Origin: Octopus bimaculoides
Lineage: Eukaryota
Direction of reading: 5' to 3'
DNA: 64,000 nt
Assembly: GCF_001194135.2 (NCBI RefSeq)
Contig: NC_068987.1
Location: 109,634,627-109,698,626 of the forward strand
In this document: in pieces, positions 62,822 through 64,000 of the stretch
Numbering within the stretch: position 1 is the stretch's first letter
Layout of the letters: every line of letters starts with the position of its first letter
Position numbers and translations under genes: made by a program
Notes under the pieces: generated by a model
The model's database searches: none
What the model saw: only the letters and a program-made list of their open reading frames with translations
What the model was told of the DNA's origin: nothing

Positions 62822-63001
62822 TACAAAATATTATCTTTGCAATTGTTCTAAACAGGAATCCTGTTATATGAAAAACAAGTGTAAGACTAGAAATGTGATA
62901 GACAGGCGTAACGTTACATTTGAGGGTAATGAATATTCAAGAGGAGACTGGCAAATCATTTGAGTTCATTCAGAGATAAAAATAAAAGATTCTAAACAAG
63001 T

Positions 63002-63400
63002 AGGCGTAGGAGTGGCTGTGTGGTAAGTAGCTTGCTTACGAACCACATGGTTTCGGGTTCAGTCCCACTGCGTGGCACCTTGGGCAAGTGTCTTCTACTA
63101 TAGCCTCAGGCCGACCAAAGCCTTGTGAGTGGATTTGGTAGACGGAAACTGAAAGAAGCCCGTCGTATATATGTATATATATATATGTATGTGTGCTTAT
63201 GTGTCTGTGTTTGTCCCCCTACCATCGCTTGACAACCGATGCCGGTGTGTTTACGTCCCCGTAACTTAGCGGTTCGGTAAAAAGAGACCGATAGAGTATG
63301 TACTAGGCTTACAAAGAATAAGTCCTGGGGTCGATTTGCTCGACTAGAAAGTGGTGCTCCAGCATGGCCACAATCAAATGACTGAAACAAGTAAAAGAGT
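63002..63400 (+). mobile_element. SINE type B, full length (used as reference copy)
   Basis: tRNA-like head, ggcaccttgggcaagtgtctt core, internal (TA/TG) microsatellite, tail ...gactgaaacaagtaaaagagt; AAGT duplicated at 62998-63001 and 63401-63404. Confidence 0.9.
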
Positions 63401-63803
63401 AAGTCTTAGCAAACTAATCTGGTCTATCAAGGACAGAAACAAAGACTATGCTATCAATTGGGAATTAATTTGTACTGCAAAAGCATAGATATGGATCAAA
63501 ATATGTGACTTGTGTTTAGAAGAATTTTACCGGATTTTTACATCCAAGAGTAATGCGATAAATTCTAAACAGAAACAAGTTTTGGAATGCTTACACATGA
63601 GGAAATTCACATTTGCCAAGTATAAATGAATAATAAACATTTAAACAACAGAATGACTTGAAATAATGGAGTATGAGTGATTATCCAATCAAAACTTGAA
63701 ATGGAGATTGTTCGTATCTAACTTAACGGACATCTCTGCATCATGCAACGCAGAGTAGATTAACGAGAAACTTTAAACAGTTAAATCGAAGGATATTAAG
63801 TAA

Positions 63804-63889
63804 AGACTCCGAAGAAACTGCACCGGTATTATAGGAGGGTTGCAACTGCAACTGTTACTAATCGGTGCAATTGAAACATGTGTTGGTCT
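63804..63889 (+). ncRNA. Type I hammerhead-like motif in the Penelope 3' region, one core substitution
   Basis: Stem I AGACT/GGTCT; core CCGAAGA (U4 to C); stem II AACTGCACCG/CGGTGCAATT (9/10); GAAA at 63873-63876; self-complementary stem III ACATGTGT; GTT triplet. Confidence 0.6.
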
Positions 63890-63967
63890 ATGTAAAGCTG
63901 CATATATATTAAAAGAATTAAAAGCAATGCTATTAAACTTCGTGATAATCCTTATTATTAATATTGT

Positions 63968-64000
<33 letters not shown>

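Larger units (their letters stand above)
62823..63950 (+). mobile_element. Penelope-like element 3' end (GIY-YIG C-terminus plus 3' region), split by a SINE
   Basis: YLCNCSKQESC...CKTRNVI; after removing the SINE, TSLSKLIWSIKDRNKDYAINWELI...ICDLCLEE...ECLHMRKFTFAKYK* (stop near 63630). Confidence 0.75.

Overview
AT-rich, microsatellite- and gap-rich animal genomic DNA. The SINE repertoire looks like octopus or another cephalopod (inference from recognised repeats, not a database match). The only host gene I can support is on the minus strand: nine phase-0 coding exons (52129-52028, 20178-20080, 14932-14819, 12291-12187, 11508-11410, 8995-8894, 6392-6192, 3746-3648, 2299-2198). They splice in frame into 341 aa (1023 nt) holding ten ankyrin repeats that follow the N-terminal ankyrin array of the mechanosensitive channel NompC/TRPN1 repeat by repeat. 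The gene is open at both ends of the window. Everything else is intronic or flanking transposon material: at least five tRNA-headed SINE types with shuffled modules, R4/Dong-like, RTE, CR1/L2 and Penelope-like retroelement fragments, an internally deleted Gypsy-type LTR element with intact LTRs and TSD, and mariner, pogo/Tigger, hAT and piggyBac-like non-autonomous DNA elements. The most unusual signals are (1) several hammerhead-ribozyme-like motifs, including a 121-nt unit at 26386-26506 that runs exactly from one cleavage site to the next with an intact catalytic core, (2) a tRNA-Pro 5' half fused to a SINE tail at 26608-26710, and (3) an exon layout in which any ankyrin exon could be skipped in frame. 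All alignments were done by eye; repeat boundaries without a stated TSD are approximate.
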